A DNA stretch of 64,000 nt from an uncultured bacterium (GCA_963759805.1 CAVXAT010000001.1:32001-96000), one strand, 5' to 3'; numbered from the stretch's first letter, positions 9,441 to 20,497 are shown. Program-made: numbers and translations. The notes: generated by a model from the letters alone, not told the origin.

Positions 9441-10388
9441 CTAAAGTTTTGATGTAACCTCTTTAACCACTTGCTCGATTGGCTTATCGCACAAAATTCC
9501 GGCGGAATTAGCGTGACCTCCTCCTCCAAACTGTTTGGCAAATTCGTTTACGTCTGTAATTTTTGAACGAAGTGAGACTTTCGTTTGCCCCTGTGCCGTT
9601 TCATAAAAAAACAGTGTTACGTCAATGTCACAGATCTGTGACATTAGGTTATTAAAGCCGATTAAAGATGACATTTCAATCCCAAAATCTTTTAGCTCTT
9701 TTTGTGTTACAACTGCCCAGGCTGCGTTTTTATTGGGTGAGACCTTTATACTGCTCAGAAGCTTTCCCCACAACATCAGAACGTTACAACTTTTATTTGA
9801 AAGTAGCTCAGTTTTGAGTTGAAATAAGCTTGCTCCTTGGTCCATTAACGTGGCTGCGATTTTTAAAGTTTTTGAGTTGGTTGATTGGGTGTGAAATAAT
9901 TGGGTGTCATAAAGAATTCCGAATAGTAGGCACTCTGCCACATACTGGTCAATAACATTAGCATCCCAAACTGAAAGTAGTAGATAAAGCTCCTCGCATG
10001 CGCTCGATGACTCTCCATTTACAAAATTAAATTTTCCATTAAGTGTATTGCTGGTATGGTGATCTATATTTATAAGAGGGACTGATTTGAAGGAATCCGG
10101 AAAATAAAGTCGCTCATAGTTTGCCGTATCGCATGTTATTATCAAATCAGGGCTTTGCATATGTTTATTAATTAAAATCTTTTTTGGATGTCTTTTAAAG
10201 TCAAATTCCGGTTGGGTTGGATAAACCGTTTCAACCTTTTTTCCCATTCGTGACAGGATGTAATCTAGCGCTGCACAAGCTGAAACCCCATCTCCGTCCG
10301 GTTGGGAGTGGGTAAGTAGGGTGATTTTATTTGAAGAATTGATTAATTCCCATGCCTGTCCTACGGATTTTTTATCATAGATTTTCAT
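9441..10388 (-). CDS. DHH/DHHA1 phosphoesterase (NrnA-like nanoRNase/pAp phosphatase)
   Basis: H..PDGD, D, NIDHH, DT, SLRS and GGGGH motifs; start at 10388 after GGAG. Confidence 0.9.
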   Translation of the reverse strand: MKIYDKKSVGQAWELINSSNKITLLTHSQPDGDGVSACAALDYILSRMGKKVETVYPTQPEFDFKRHPKKILINKHMQSPDLIITCDTANYERLYFPDSFKSVPLINIDHHTSNTLNGKFNFVNGESSSACEELYLLLSVWDANVIDQYVAECLLFGILYDTQLFHTQSTNSKTLKIAATLMDQGASLFQLKTELLSNKSCNVLMLWGKLLSSIKVSPNKNAAWAVVTQKELKDFGIEMSSLIGFNNLMSQICDIDVTLFFYETAQGQTKVSLRSKITDVNEFAKQFGGGGHANSAGILCDKPIEQVVKEVTSKL

Positions 10389-10720
10389 CAAAAACTCCAA
10401 ATTTAAAAGATTACTTTAAAATAGAGACCCATAAGGAGAAGATTGTTATAAAATCCACGAACTATGTCAACAGTTTGTTGTGAAGAAAGAAAGTCTACCA
10501 AGCTTGAGCTGTCGCAAGGGTAAGGCACATTGCGTCCAAAACCTGCAAAAAGCAGCAAAAAACAGTGTTTTTTGGCGTAATTTAATTACCTGGGGCCTGA
10601 ATATCCGATCAAAACAGAGGTTTAAAATATCAAAAAATTACAATGTGAAAACTTTTATTGCTTGAGTTTGCCATAAATAATTTCTATTCACACCTAACCA
10701 AAAGCCGCATGGATACGCGT

Positions 10721-10749
10721 TTGACAAATTATAAAATATCTTTTAAGAT
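10721..10749 (+). promoter_or_regulatory. Putative sigma70 promoter
   Basis: TTGACA-17 bp-TAAGAT upstream of the FolC-like gene. Confidence 0.55.
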
Positions 10750-10916
10750 TAACATAATGATATAATTTAAAATTGCATCATACACATATTACACCTGGTT
10801 CAACAACTACAATTTGAATTTGCATGAAAGTGTTTGCTCAAATTAGAACAGGGAATTAAATATTGAATTAATTTTTAGAATATTTAAATACAATGAGTAT
10901 ATGAAAGGTAGGAACA

Positions 10917-12320
10917 ATGTTAGCGAATGTTAAACAATCACAAAAAAAGGTGGGGGCCGAGGTAGGCCGGATAAGAAACTACAACGAAGTTGTAGATTAT
11001 CTTAACGCACTCACTTATGCCGAGTATAATGAAAACGTTATTACTCGCATGCAATTGTTAGACAAGATTTTCGATAACGTATCAAAAAAAATTGATACAA
11101 TTCTTGTTTCCGGAACAAACGGAAAGAGTTTAACATTGCACTTTGCTGCCAAACTTTTAAAAGAAGAGGGCTTCAAGGTAGGCTTATCTTACTCAAATCA
11201 TATTTTGACTTACAATGAACAGATTGTTTCTGATGCACAGCTTATCCAAAATAAAGATTTTGCCGATGTTGTTAATGAGGTAATCAATGCTGCCGAAATG
11301 AATAACATTAAGGCCACTGCGCATGAAATTCTTACAATCGCATCATTACTGCAATTCGTTAAAGAAAAATCCGATGTAGCAATACTTGAAGTACGATATG
11401 GCGGTAAATTTGACGCAACAAACATATGTAATCCAAAAATTGCTGCACTGACTCGCGTTGCTCAAGATGGTTTAGGTCTTCTTGATACGGATCTTGATAA
11501 AGTTGCATTTGAAATGCTTGAAACGGCAAAAGAGGGAACTTGGTTCATCTCAGCCGAGCAAAGTAAAATCAGATTACAAAAAATGAAAAATTGGGCTGTA
11601 GCTCACAATATTAAGTGGGCAATGCCGATACGTAAGCTTGCGGCTCTCCCATACATATACGAACAGTTGTTTGGAAGAGTTGCATCATTAGGTGAAAGAA
11701 TTGCCCAGATTTATGTCGAAGATATAAAAGGCAAATTTTCTCCGTTCTTGCGTGGAAACTTATTGATTACTCAACGTGGTCAACGCGGTCGTCCAACAAT
11801 TGAGGCAAAGCGTCAAGCTGAGCTCAATCCAGCTAAGACATTAAAAGGCTTCTGGACAGAACAGTTTGATTTACTTCGTGGACGCTTTGAACTGTTGAAT
11901 AAAGAGAAACCATCAATCTTGCTTGATAATGCAAGTAATATTGATGCCCTTGCAAACTTATACTTGGGCGTAAGATTACTGCATTACCAGAAACCCCTAA
12001 AAGGTCTTGCACTTATTATTGGATTTAGCAAAGCAAATGATTCGCTTGAAGCTATCAAGTTGCTTAGATACTTACTCAAAAAAGTTAGCGGTTCGGTGTT
12101 CTTTGTTTCACTTCCAGGTCACGTGGAATCACATGATCCAAATGAGTTGGCAAACATGGCAAAGGAACTTAACGTTAAAGTTAAGGGTTGCGCTTGCTTG
12201 GCTGAGGCAATCGAACAGGCTAAAACAGTTATCGATGAACGTGATGGCTTGATTGCAATCACAGGTTCACATGATCTTATCAGAGAGTTCTGGAAGATTC
12301 GTGGAATAAAGAAGTTCTAA
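10917..12320 (+). CDS. Divergent FolC-like / Mur ligase family protein
   Basis: VSGTNGKS, EV..GG.FDATN, GRFE, LD.A.N motifs. Confidence 0.7.
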   Translation: MLANVKQSQKKVGAEVGRIRNYNEVVDYLNALTYAEYNENVITRMQLLDKIFDNVSKKIDTILVSGTNGKSLTLHFAAKLLKEEGFKVGLSYSNHILTYNEQIVSDAQLIQNKDFADVVNEVINAAEMNNIKATAHEILTIASLLQFVKEKSDVAILEVRYGGKFDATNICNPKIAALTRVAQDGLGLLDTDLDKVAFEMLETAKEGTWFISAEQSKIRLQKMKNWAVAHNIKWAMPIRKLAALPYIYEQLFGRVASLGERIAQIYVEDIKGKFSPFLRGNLLITQRGQRGRPTIEAKRQAELNPAKTLKGFWTEQFDLLRGRFELLNKEKPSILLDNASNIDALANLYLGVRLLHYQKPLKGLALIIGFSKANDSLEAIKLLRYLLKKVSGSVFFVSLPGHVESHDPNELANMAKELNVKVKGCACLAEAIEQAKTVIDERDGLIAITGSHDLIREFWKIRGIKKF

Positions 12321-12334
12321 TTAATTAAAAATAC

Positions 12335-12396
12335 TTAACTTAAAAACTAAAAGCGGGATGTGAAAATTTACATCCCGCTTTTAGTTTTTAAGTTAA
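12335..12396. terminator. Bidirectional terminator, 27-bp perfect inverted repeat
   Basis: ttaacttaaaaactaaaagcgggatgt-8 nt-acatcccgcttttagtttttaagttaa between convergent genes. Confidence 0.85.
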
Positions 12397-12404
12397 TACA
12401 AATT

Positions 12405-13337
12405 TTAAACCGTAGAGCTTTTAATCTTGTTGCTTTGTACAGTTGCTTGGCCTTGTAAAACAATATAGTCTTTTTCTAAATTTCTCAGATAATCAAGCAT
12501 CTTTGCAGAGTACTGTGGATCGCGCAGAGCAAAATCTAGATTCGCCTGCAGTAATCCCAATGGGTTTCCAACATCATATCGAGTCCCTTGAATTTTATAG
12601 GCAAAAACCTTCTCGCCTGCGTAAAGCAGCGCTTGAATAGCGTCTGTAAGTTGGATTTCTCCTCCCACCCCAACTTTAGATTCTCCCAGAACATCAAAAA
12701 TATTTGGAGAAAGGACATATCGACCGATAAGTGCAAGATTTGAAGGAGCGTCGGATATCTTTGGTTTTTCAACCAACTCTTTAACTTGAAAGAGATTGGG
12801 GGAAAACTGTCGTTTGATTCCAATGACTCCATAACGTGAGGCATGTTCGATAGGAATCTCTTGTACCCCAATGACATTGCATTTTTCCTGATGTGCTATC
12901 TGCATTAGTTGCAAAATAGCTGGAACTTGGCTCAAGATTATCTCATCAGGTAGCATGACAGCAACATACTCTTTGCTTACAACTGTTTTTGCAGTCCAAA
13001 CGGCATGTCCAAGTCCAAGCGGATTTTTTTGTCGGATGTAAATGAAGTTTGTTGAATCAATAATTTTGTTTAAACCTTCGACGTAACTTAATTTACCTTT
13101 TTCTTTTAAAAATGAATCTAATGTAGAATTTGTATCAAAGTGATCTTCAATGGTTTTTTCTGATTTTCCTGTGACAACAACAAAAGTTTCCATTCCTGAT
13201 TTTGCGCCTTCTTCAACAATGTATTGAATTGCCGGCTTGTCCAAGATGGGTAACATCCCCTTGGGCGTCGTTTTTGTTGCAGGAAGAAAGCGTGTGCCAA
13301 TACCTCCGGCAGGAATTATCGCTTTTGTTACTTTCAT
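12405..13337 (-). CDS. galU: UTP--glucose-1-phosphate uridylyltransferase
   Basis: KAIIPAGGIGTRFLPATK..PK, RQKNPLGLGHAV, VEKP, GEIQLTDA. Confidence 0.93.
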   Translation of the reverse strand: MKVTKAIIPAGGIGTRFLPATKTTPKGMLPILDKPAIQYIVEEGAKSGMETFVVVTGKSEKTIEDHFDTNSTLDSFLKEKGKLSYVEGLNKIIDSTNFIYIRQKNPLGLGHAVWTAKTVVSKEYVAVMLPDEIILSQVPAILQLMQIAHQEKCNVIGVQEIPIEHASRYGVIGIKRQFSPNLFQVKELVEKPKISDAPSNLALIGRYVLSPNIFDVLGESKVGVGGEIQLTDAIQALLYAGEKVFAYKIQGTRYDVGNPLGLLQANLDFALRDPQYSAKMLDYLRNLEKDYIVLQGQATVQSNKIKSSTV

Positions 13338-13368
13338 TACTCATTCTCCTTTTTACTTCAATATGTAT

Positions 13369-14403
13369 TTAAAATTGATTTAAAAATTTAATGTTACCAC
13401 TGTAAAAAAGCCTTACATCATCAATGTTGTACTTAAGCATTGCTAGTCTGGTTAGCCCAAATCCAAAGGCAAAGCCCGAGTATTTTTCAGGATCAATGCC
13501 GTTCAATCTAAGTACGTTTGGATGAACCATGCCACACGGAAATATCTCTATCCAAGTTGATCTTTTGCATACCGAGCAACCCTTCTTGCAAAAAGGGCAA
13601 CGCATATCAATTTCAAAACCCGGCTCAACAAATGGGAAAAATCCTGGTCTGATGCGAATATCCAAATTATCCGTCTTAAATAAAGTTTTTAAAAATATCT
13701 GAGCTGTTGCAAATAGATGCGAAATATTTATATTTTCGCCAATTAACATTCCTTCGCATTGCATGAAGACATAATCATGTGATGCGTCGGTTGCTTCTTG
13801 TCTGAAAGCTTTCCCTGGGGATACCACTGCCAATGGAAGTGGTTTATTTCGCATTGCGTGTACCTGAACTGAAGATGTTTGAGTTCTAAGTACCATATTG
13901 GGTAAATTTAGCCAGAATGTATCTTGCATGTCGCGTGCGGGATGGTCTTTGGGAACATTGAGCGCTTCAAAATTATACTCCTCGCTCTCAACTTCCGGTC
14001 CATCAACAACCTCATATCCCATTGACACAAAAATATCTTCAACTTCACGCACAAATAGGGTAAGTGGATGGAGTGTGCCATTTTTTGCATTTGGTTGATA
14101 AGCGGTGACATCAAAATTCTGTTTTTTAAAGTTTTCGGTTTGAGTCTGCTTAAATATAATTTGTGCTTTTGTTTGTTCGATGCTACTGTCTGTGTCAATT
14201 TTGAATTGATTTATAAGTGGGCCAAACTCTTTCTTCTCTTCTGCGGAAAAATTTTTGATTTGGCTGAGCAGATCAGTTACCATGCTTTTTTTCCCAAGAT
14301 ATTTAACTCTCAGGTCATCCAATGCTCGAAGATTGGTAACATTTTTCAGGTCTGTTTCGAACCCATTTTTCAAATTTTGAATTTTATCTTTTAAATCTGA
14401 CAT
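13369..14403 (-). CDS. pheS: Phenylalanine--tRNA ligase alpha subunit
   Basis: HPARDMQDTF, LRTQTS, FFPFVEPG, GFAFGFG; likely start at 14403 after GGAG. Confidence 0.97.
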   Translation of the reverse strand: MSDLKDKIQNLKNGFETDLKNVTNLRALDDLRVKYLGKKSMVTDLLSQIKNFSAEEKKEFGPLINQFKIDTDSSIEQTKAQIIFKQTQTENFKKQNFDVTAYQPNAKNGTLHPLTLFVREVEDIFVSMGYEVVDGPEVESEEYNFEALNVPKDHPARDMQDTFWLNLPNMVLRTQTSSVQVHAMRNKPLPLAVVSPGKAFRQEATDASHDYVFMQCEGMLIGENINISHLFATAQIFLKTLFKTDNLDIRIRPGFFPFVEPGFEIDMRCPFCKKGCSVCKRSTWIEIFPCGMVHPNVLRLNGIDPEKYSGFAFGFGLTRLAMLKYNIDDVRLFYSGNIKFLNQF

Positions 14404-14487
14404 ATCCACTCCAAGAAAAGCATTCTCTTCAAACATTTAAGCTTCTAAAATCGTAACACTTTTTTGTTTTTTTGCCACAAAATGTTT

Positions 14488-15552
14488 CTATCTAATTTTT
14501 AGAGTAAGTAAAGCGGTCAAGCAAAGAATCATGGAGATTATCCAAAAACGTACTGTTACCTTGCTTTCCTTCCATCCCTTTAGTTCAAAATGATGGTGAA
14601 TGGGAGCCATAAGAAATATTCTTTTGCCTGTTAATTTAAAATATGCCACCTGTAAAATTACAGATACGGTCTCCATGACAAATATTCCGCCGCTGATCAG
14701 CAGTAAAAATTCTTGGCGAACAATCAATGCAAGAAATGCCAGCCCTGCTCCCATGGCCAGTGATCCTACGTCACCCATAAAAATCTGTGCAGGATAAGTG
14801 TTGTACCACAAAAATCCGACCAGTGCTCCAACAAGTGTACATGCCAGAACTGTCATCTCAGCACTGCCGGAATATGGAATGAAAAGATAAGTAGCAAATT
14901 TCACATGTCCGGCCAGATATGCAATAAATGCAAAGGTTGAAAAGTTAAAAATCAGCGGGCCGGCTGCAAGGCCATCAAGGCCATCCGTTAAATTGACCGC
15001 ATTGCTTGTGGCAACTATGATAAACGTTGCCCATGGAATTAATAGAATGCCAATCTCCGGCATAAAATTTTTAAAAAATGGAACGCAGATGCTTGTGTTG
15101 GGGGACAGCATTAAATACCATGCCAGTGATAGTAGTAAGCCAAATCCTATCTGAAGTCTAAATTTTAAAGAGGCAGAAATTCCCTTTTTGTATTTGAGCT
15201 TATAAACATCATCAAGAAATCCGATTAGACCATAACCCAGAACGCAGATCAGAAATAACCAAACATTAATTTTGGTTAAATTAGTCCAAAGCAATGCATT
15301 TATTAAAAACACTGATATAACAAAGAGGCCACCCATTGTCGGGGTGTCGTTTTTGGCCTGATGCGATTCGGGTGTCCACTCGCGAGCCTTGGAGCGGAAG
15401 TTTTTTTGGCAAAATCGTATGAACCTGTTTCCGAATGCAAATGAGATTAAAAGTGATGATAAAAGTGCGCATATTGAACGTACGCTGACGTAATGAAATA
15501 CGTTGAAAAAACTGTATTTTGTCTGCAATGCTTGGGCCATATGATATATCAT
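14488..15552 (-). CDS. mraY: Phospho-N-acetylmuramoyl-pentapeptide transferase
   Basis: TPTMGG, GFLDD, NAVNLTDGLDGL, FMGDVGS, MAPIHHHFE. Confidence 0.97.
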   Translation of the reverse strand: MIYHMAQALQTKYSFFNVFHYVSVRSICALLSSLLISFAFGNRFIRFCQKNFRSKAREWTPESHQAKNDTPTMGGLFVISVFLINALLWTNLTKINVWLFLICVLGYGLIGFLDDVYKLKYKKGISASLKFRLQIGFGLLLSLAWYLMLSPNTSICVPFFKNFMPEIGILLIPWATFIIVATSNAVNLTDGLDGLAAGPLIFNFSTFAFIAYLAGHVKFATYLFIPYSGSAEMTVLACTLVGALVGFLWYNTYPAQIFMGDVGSLAMGAGLAFLALIVRQEFLLLISGGIFVMETVSVILQVAYFKLTGKRIFLMAPIHHHFELKGWKESKVTVRFWIISMILCLTALLTLKIR

Positions 15553-15567
15553 AAAAATTCCGTCCCT

Positions 15568-15646
15568 TTGTCATCCTGTCTGTCGGCCAGACCCAGCCCG
15601 CTCGTGGTGAGCCTGTCGAACCATCGCCCATCGGGCGGCGGGCATC
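15568..15646. repeat. Composite REP-like remnant
   Basis: GC-rich tttgtcatcctg... plus gctcgtggtgagcctgtcgaacca, related to motifs at 9125 and 9203. Confidence 0.5.
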
Positions 15647-15756
15647 TAATAAGTTAATAAAGGCTAAGTATAGCAAAAGTATTCTAATATCCCAAGTCGT
15701 GTTTGGTGCTTTTCAGACGCCCGTAGTTTCCCAACCACGGGCGATGATTTGATTTT

Positions 15757-17679
15757 TTATGACTTTGCTTTAATAAGTCTACGTTCAACAGTGGCTGCAA
15801 GAGCATTAATAAGCTCCGGCTTTACCTCACACAGCTTATTAAAAATTTCTGGATTTCTAGAAACAAAATCAAAAATTTTGTTATCATCAGGCGTGCGATT
15901 GCCAGATGTGCCATTTCCAGCTGCAGCAGGTTCTGTTTGTTTTGGAGTAGCCGCACTGGATGCATCTTGTTCAGTCTCAGAAACCCCCGCTTTAGATTCG
16001 GTGAGTCCAGATTCGCCGATTACTTTGGAAGCCTTTTCTTGTAAGTCACCTGATAAATATGGCATTATTTTATAAATCAGTCCGGCGGCTAAAACAGGAC
16101 TTGTTCGAGCCAACAAGAAAAATGCAGCCTCTTTAAAATTTTCAAATTTTCGGTCGAACGCATACTCCAGAAAATCTACCATTGTCTGCGCGGTTCCGGC
16201 ACCCACGCCTTTGAATTTTCCGCTATCAATCCAATTTCCGGAAAAAATTGCATCTTTAATGCTCGCAAAAAATCCTTTTTCGCCTACTTTCAGATCTTTA
16301 TTGATAAGACCTCTTGCAGTTTCTAAAATTTTCCCCATGTCAACCAGAGCTGTAAGCGCAGGATCTTTTGCGTCAAGTTCTAGAACATATTTTATTATTA
16401 ACTGTTTTACTAACTCTATTTTTGAAGTCTCAACATTTTGCTTAAGCTTGCTTTTTGTCATAATTATTAAGTCTGCAAGCAGGCACTCAAGTTCAAAAAG
16501 TCTTCGATCTGCAACTTGCGGTTGAAGTTTATTAGCAAAAAAATCTTGTAAGAAGGTACAGTACAAGTTAAAAAATTCACAGAACTGCTTGTTTGAGTAA
16601 AGTAATTCATACTTCTTACTTTCAAGAAATAGTTTGTGTCGGATCAGGAGTTCAGCTTTTTCCTGATTATCTTTAAAATTTAAAGCAGGCTTATAAAATT
16701 TAACAACATCGTTTTTTATTTTTATTAATTTTGTGAGCAAGAGTTCCAAAATTAAGTTAGAGCTGCTATTTTTACCTGACGTTTGCATAGAAGCCCTATC
16801 TGTTGCAAATGCGTTAATTGCTTCTTCGATTTTGTTTAGAAAAGAATCAACGTCAAGTTGTCCCCCAAGTTTTTGTGCTTTATAAAAAGTTGAAATTATC
16901 TCGAAGTACTCTTCAGATAAGACTACTTTTTCAGCATAAAAATTCTGGCTCAAAATTTTACTTAAATAATAAGCTTGTGCTGATGATTGGGTAATCCCAC
17001 ACAAAACATATTGAATAAGAGAGCTTTGTAATCTTGAGGGTAAACTTTTGAAGATAATTGATCTAACTGATTTTTCTGGATATGCCATCGGATGGATGCG
17101 CCCGGTGTCGATCAGAGAACCAAAAATTTTAAGCTTTGCTTTCTGCATCTCGGCAAAATCAAGGGGTTCTTGCAATACTGAGACTTTTGAGTCCTCAGAC
17201 GAAACAGAGAGAGCTTCCAAATTCAAGCAAGCGAACTTAAACCAGTAGATTACTTCACTTAATCTTTGGGCGTACCACGGTGCGTAGTCTAATCTGCTGG
17301 TTGTTCCGAAATCTGCAAGACTTTTGATATTGGCAATCTTGTGGTCAACCAAAAGCTTAAGATTGCTTAACTCTGTCTGATTCAATGAAGTCGTTTTGCC
17401 TAAAAACAGATAAGTATCAAAAATTGAATTAAACTCTTCTGTGATGGCCTGAATTTTTGCTTTTTCACGTTCAGGTGATGTATCTTCAGGAGTTTTAGCA
17501 GGAGTCGTGGGCTCGAGAGTAAGTTGTTTATCTTTTGCATTTGTTGGCTTTGCACCCAAAATATCTGGATTATCTGCTAAAAGCTGTTCAAGTTCGGGCT
17601 CAACTTTTTGAGCTAATATTGGTGCTGAAGTAATAACCAACCCTAAACTTATCACAGATATATATTTTAATATTTTCAT
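15757..17679 (-). CDS. Hypothetical secreted helical protein
   Basis: 640-aa ORF with GGAGG RBS and signal peptide; no recognisable motif. Confidence 0.7.
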   Translation of the reverse strand: MKILKYISVISLGLVITSAPILAQKVEPELEQLLADNPDILGAKPTNAKDKQLTLEPTTPAKTPEDTSPEREKAKIQAITEEFNSIFDTYLFLGKTTSLNQTELSNLKLLVDHKIANIKSLADFGTTSRLDYAPWYAQRLSEVIYWFKFACLNLEALSVSSEDSKVSVLQEPLDFAEMQKAKLKIFGSLIDTGRIHPMAYPEKSVRSIIFKSLPSRLQSSLIQYVLCGITQSSAQAYYLSKILSQNFYAEKVVLSEEYFEIISTFYKAQKLGGQLDVDSFLNKIEEAINAFATDRASMQTSGKNSSSNLILELLLTKLIKIKNDVVKFYKPALNFKDNQEKAELLIRHKLFLESKKYELLYSNKQFCEFFNLYCTFLQDFFANKLQPQVADRRLFELECLLADLIIMTKSKLKQNVETSKIELVKQLIIKYVLELDAKDPALTALVDMGKILETARGLINKDLKVGEKGFFASIKDAIFSGNWIDSGKFKGVGAGTAQTMVDFLEYAFDRKFENFKEAAFFLLARTSPVLAAGLIYKIMPYLSGDLQEKASKVIGESGLTESKAGVSETEQDASSAATPKQTEPAAAGNGTSGNRTPDDNKIFDFVSRNPEIFNKLCEVKPELINALAATVERRLIKAKS

Positions 17680-17705
17680 GTAAATTTACCTCCAAGCCAA
17701 ACAGG

Positions 17706-20210
17706 TTAGCTTAAGCTTTGTTCAGTTATTCCAACACAACCCAAAAATGTTTTATAATGGCTTGGTATAGTTTTCCACAGGTACCTGTACAAATTTGCAT
17801 TATTTTTGAAGTGAGTAGAATGAGACAGAATTTGTGCCAGTGAGTTTTGTAAACGTTGCTTGACGTACATAAATTTGTCAGAATTTTCAGTTATATCTTT
17901 TACAAACTCGCCCAAAAATGACTCTCTGAGCATGATATTTGCCACAAAATCTTCATGCTTATCGCTATCAATTATATGTCCAACTTCGAGCTCTAATTTT
18001 GCGATCTGGTCAAATTTATCTTTAGAAATTTTATCTGAACGTACAGATGAAAACGCTTTTCTGTACGCTTCGAGTGTTTTGGTCTTGTCATTATCTTGAC
18101 GAATTTGTTTTGCTGTTGCCTCAAGTTGTTTTGCAAATGATTTTTGTAAACAGAGCGTTTCATCTAACAAAAGCTCTTGAATTGCTCTGTCTTCGATGTC
18201 TTTAATTAGATTAAGTTCGCTCAGCTTGGAATCAATTTGAAAATTCAATTCATTCGCTTTGTTATCAAGAAGGGTTGCTACAGTTTTACGTACTGCCAAC
18301 TTACCGTCAATCGATTTTTCTACAACAGGTTGAGCAGATGCCTGAGCGATGCGATCTTCAAGTGTTTTAATCGAGCTTAAAAGTTTATCGGATGGAACTC
18401 CGCCGGCTTGTTGCTTGACTTCCAGCATTTTATAAAGCTTAGCAAGATTTTGCTTATCTTTTTCAATCGTGTCACCATCTTGTTTTTTTGTTACACCTAA
18501 TTTTTCATTCACATTGACAGTAATGTCCTTTTGGACTGCCAAAATTTGAGCGTCAATTTTTGATAGATCAGATTTTAGTGTCTCAATTTTGGCTTGAACA
18601 TCGGGAGTATTTTTGCTGGCTTGTAAAATTAAAACCTTTTGCCATTTTGCCAGTTGCTCAGCTTTTTCAGCCTTTTGTTTTTCAAGCTTTTCAAGTTCAG
18701 ATTTGAGTTGTGTTATCTGTTCCTGGCGATTTTGTTCAAGTGATTTTTTAGATGTAGATTCGTCTTCGTCTGAAATAATTGTTTCGATTTCACTTTTAAT
18801 TTGGCTGAAGAACCGGCTTCCCTCTGGAGATCTAACAAATTTTTCTAATTCAATACGGCTCTTTTCTTTTGCGGCAAATTCAGTTTTATATTTGAATGAG
18901 GTTGCATCATTTTTTGTAAATAGGGCCTTTTTTGTCTGGAGATACTCTTTGAATGAGCTGCACAAAGTAATCAAAACACTTTTTAATGCATTGATTAATG
19001 AAATGTCTTGGGTTACATATGCTACCAAATATTCATCGTGTATCTGGTCATGTGCCAAAATGAATTTTGGCAATTTTGATTGCCCCGCATTTATCTGATT
19101 TATCAAATCTGCGGGCTTATCAGACGTACTCGAAAATAGGAACTCTTCATAGCCAACCATGGTTAGTGCAAATTTGTTGTTTGGAGCCGATATATCAGAT
19201 CTAAAATTTACAAAATCTTTCATATCAACTATTCCATAGTCATTAGGTTTTATAAAGCTATTAATTTGGGCTTGTAAACTTGTGGTTCCCAACAAGCTTT
19301 GTGATAAAGATGTGGCTTGAGAAGATAAATCTTGTGTAGATGCGTCTTGGGTTGAGCCATTTGTGCCAGTATAGTTTTTGAATTTCTCAAAAACTAATTT
19401 TGCCATTTTTTCATCTCTGAAGACAAAGCTTTTAACTTGAAGTGGTGCTTCTATTGTTTGGCTAGCGTCTGAGTTATCATTAATAAGTACAGACCACAAG
19501 TTATCAATAAATTCGATTAATTCAAACTTATTATCTTTCAAAATAGTTTTAAGAGATTCAGGGAGATAAGTGGATAAATGTTTGTTTTTATCAATGAATT
19601 GAAGGTCATCAACTTGGCTTAATCTGAACAGTAAGCAGAAGGTTTCTTCTACTACTCTGGACCATTGCCCATCGGTTCTGGCGGTATTTAGCAAAATTAA
19701 AAATTTAAAGGTAAAAAGCTGAACCGGATTTAACTTAAAATCCATCAACCATTTTAAGATTTCTATATCTTTTACGTTTTTGTAAAGTTCATTTTCGATT
19801 ACAACTCTTGCAAAATCGGCGAGAGAGGCTCTATCTGAATCTTCCGTGTTGTTGCCCCCAAATTTTACCGGATTAATTTGGGCTGCGACCGATTGAAGTG
19901 GTGTAAAAATATTTCCATGTCCGGCTTGAATATCAAATGAGACTTCTTGTCCTGCAATTACAAAAACAACTTTGTCGTTTGTGTAATAATTTAGATTTTT
20001 AACCGTTCTTAGAGATGAGTAAAATGCATCAATAAGATTACTAAAATCAAAACCTTGATTTTGTTGAGTCTTGACTCGTTGCGTCTTGACTTCTTGAGTC
20101 TCGACTTGTTGCGCACCAAGCTTTTGTGCAGTAACATTTTTTGTTGCAACAGATAACAGTGAAAACACAAAGAAAGAAAACACTAAAACTTTTCTGGATA
20201 CCTTGTTCAT
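17706..20210 (-). CDS. Hypothetical secreted coiled-coil protein
   Basis: 834-aa ORF with signal peptide and a K/E/Q-rich heptad region. Confidence 0.7.
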   Translation of the reverse strand: MNKVSRKVLVFSFFVFSLLSVATKNVTAQKLGAQQVETQEVKTQRVKTQQNQGFDFSNLIDAFYSSLRTVKNLNYYTNDKVVFVIAGQEVSFDIQAGHGNIFTPLQSVAAQINPVKFGGNNTEDSDRASLADFARVVIENELYKNVKDIEILKWLMDFKLNPVQLFTFKFLILLNTARTDGQWSRVVEETFCLLFRLSQVDDLQFIDKNKHLSTYLPESLKTILKDNKFELIEFIDNLWSVLINDNSDASQTIEAPLQVKSFVFRDEKMAKLVFEKFKNYTGTNGSTQDASTQDLSSQATSLSQSLLGTTSLQAQINSFIKPNDYGIVDMKDFVNFRSDISAPNNKFALTMVGYEEFLFSSTSDKPADLINQINAGQSKLPKFILAHDQIHDEYLVAYVTQDISLINALKSVLITLCSSFKEYLQTKKALFTKNDATSFKYKTEFAAKEKSRIELEKFVRSPEGSRFFSQIKSEIETIISDEDESTSKKSLEQNRQEQITQLKSELEKLEKQKAEKAEQLAKWQKVLILQASKNTPDVQAKIETLKSDLSKIDAQILAVQKDITVNVNEKLGVTKKQDGDTIEKDKQNLAKLYKMLEVKQQAGGVPSDKLLSSIKTLEDRIAQASAQPVVEKSIDGKLAVRKTVATLLDNKANELNFQIDSKLSELNLIKDIEDRAIQELLLDETLCLQKSFAKQLEATAKQIRQDNDKTKTLEAYRKAFSSVRSDKISKDKFDQIAKLELEVGHIIDSDKHEDFVANIMLRESFLGEFVKDITENSDKFMYVKQRLQNSLAQILSHSTHFKNNANLYRYLWKTIPSHYKTFLGCVGITEQSLS

Positions 20211-20468
20211 AAATCCCCCGAATTAGTCCTCTAGGACAATAATATAAAAACCACCATTACAGTACGGGCAGTATAGCAGGCATAATTGGGAATTGCAAAC
20301 GCAAAGAGTCCCTTGCAACGCGGGCTTGCGGTATTATTTCAGTTATAATTTAAGACGTATTTCGACTTTGATTTTTAAGACAGCTTTACAATCCCTATTT
20401 TGGGGAAAATGCCATTTTTTTAGTACTTTTATACCATCATTTTTTGATAAATTCAGCCTAAAGTTTTG

Positions 20469-20497
20469 TTGACGAAAGAACTTTTTTTCTTTACTAT
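20469..20497 (+). promoter_or_regulatory. Putative sigma70 promoter for tRNA-Val/tRNA-Asn
   Basis: TTGACG-17 bp-TACTAT, 30 bp upstream of tRNA-Val. Confidence 0.65.
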
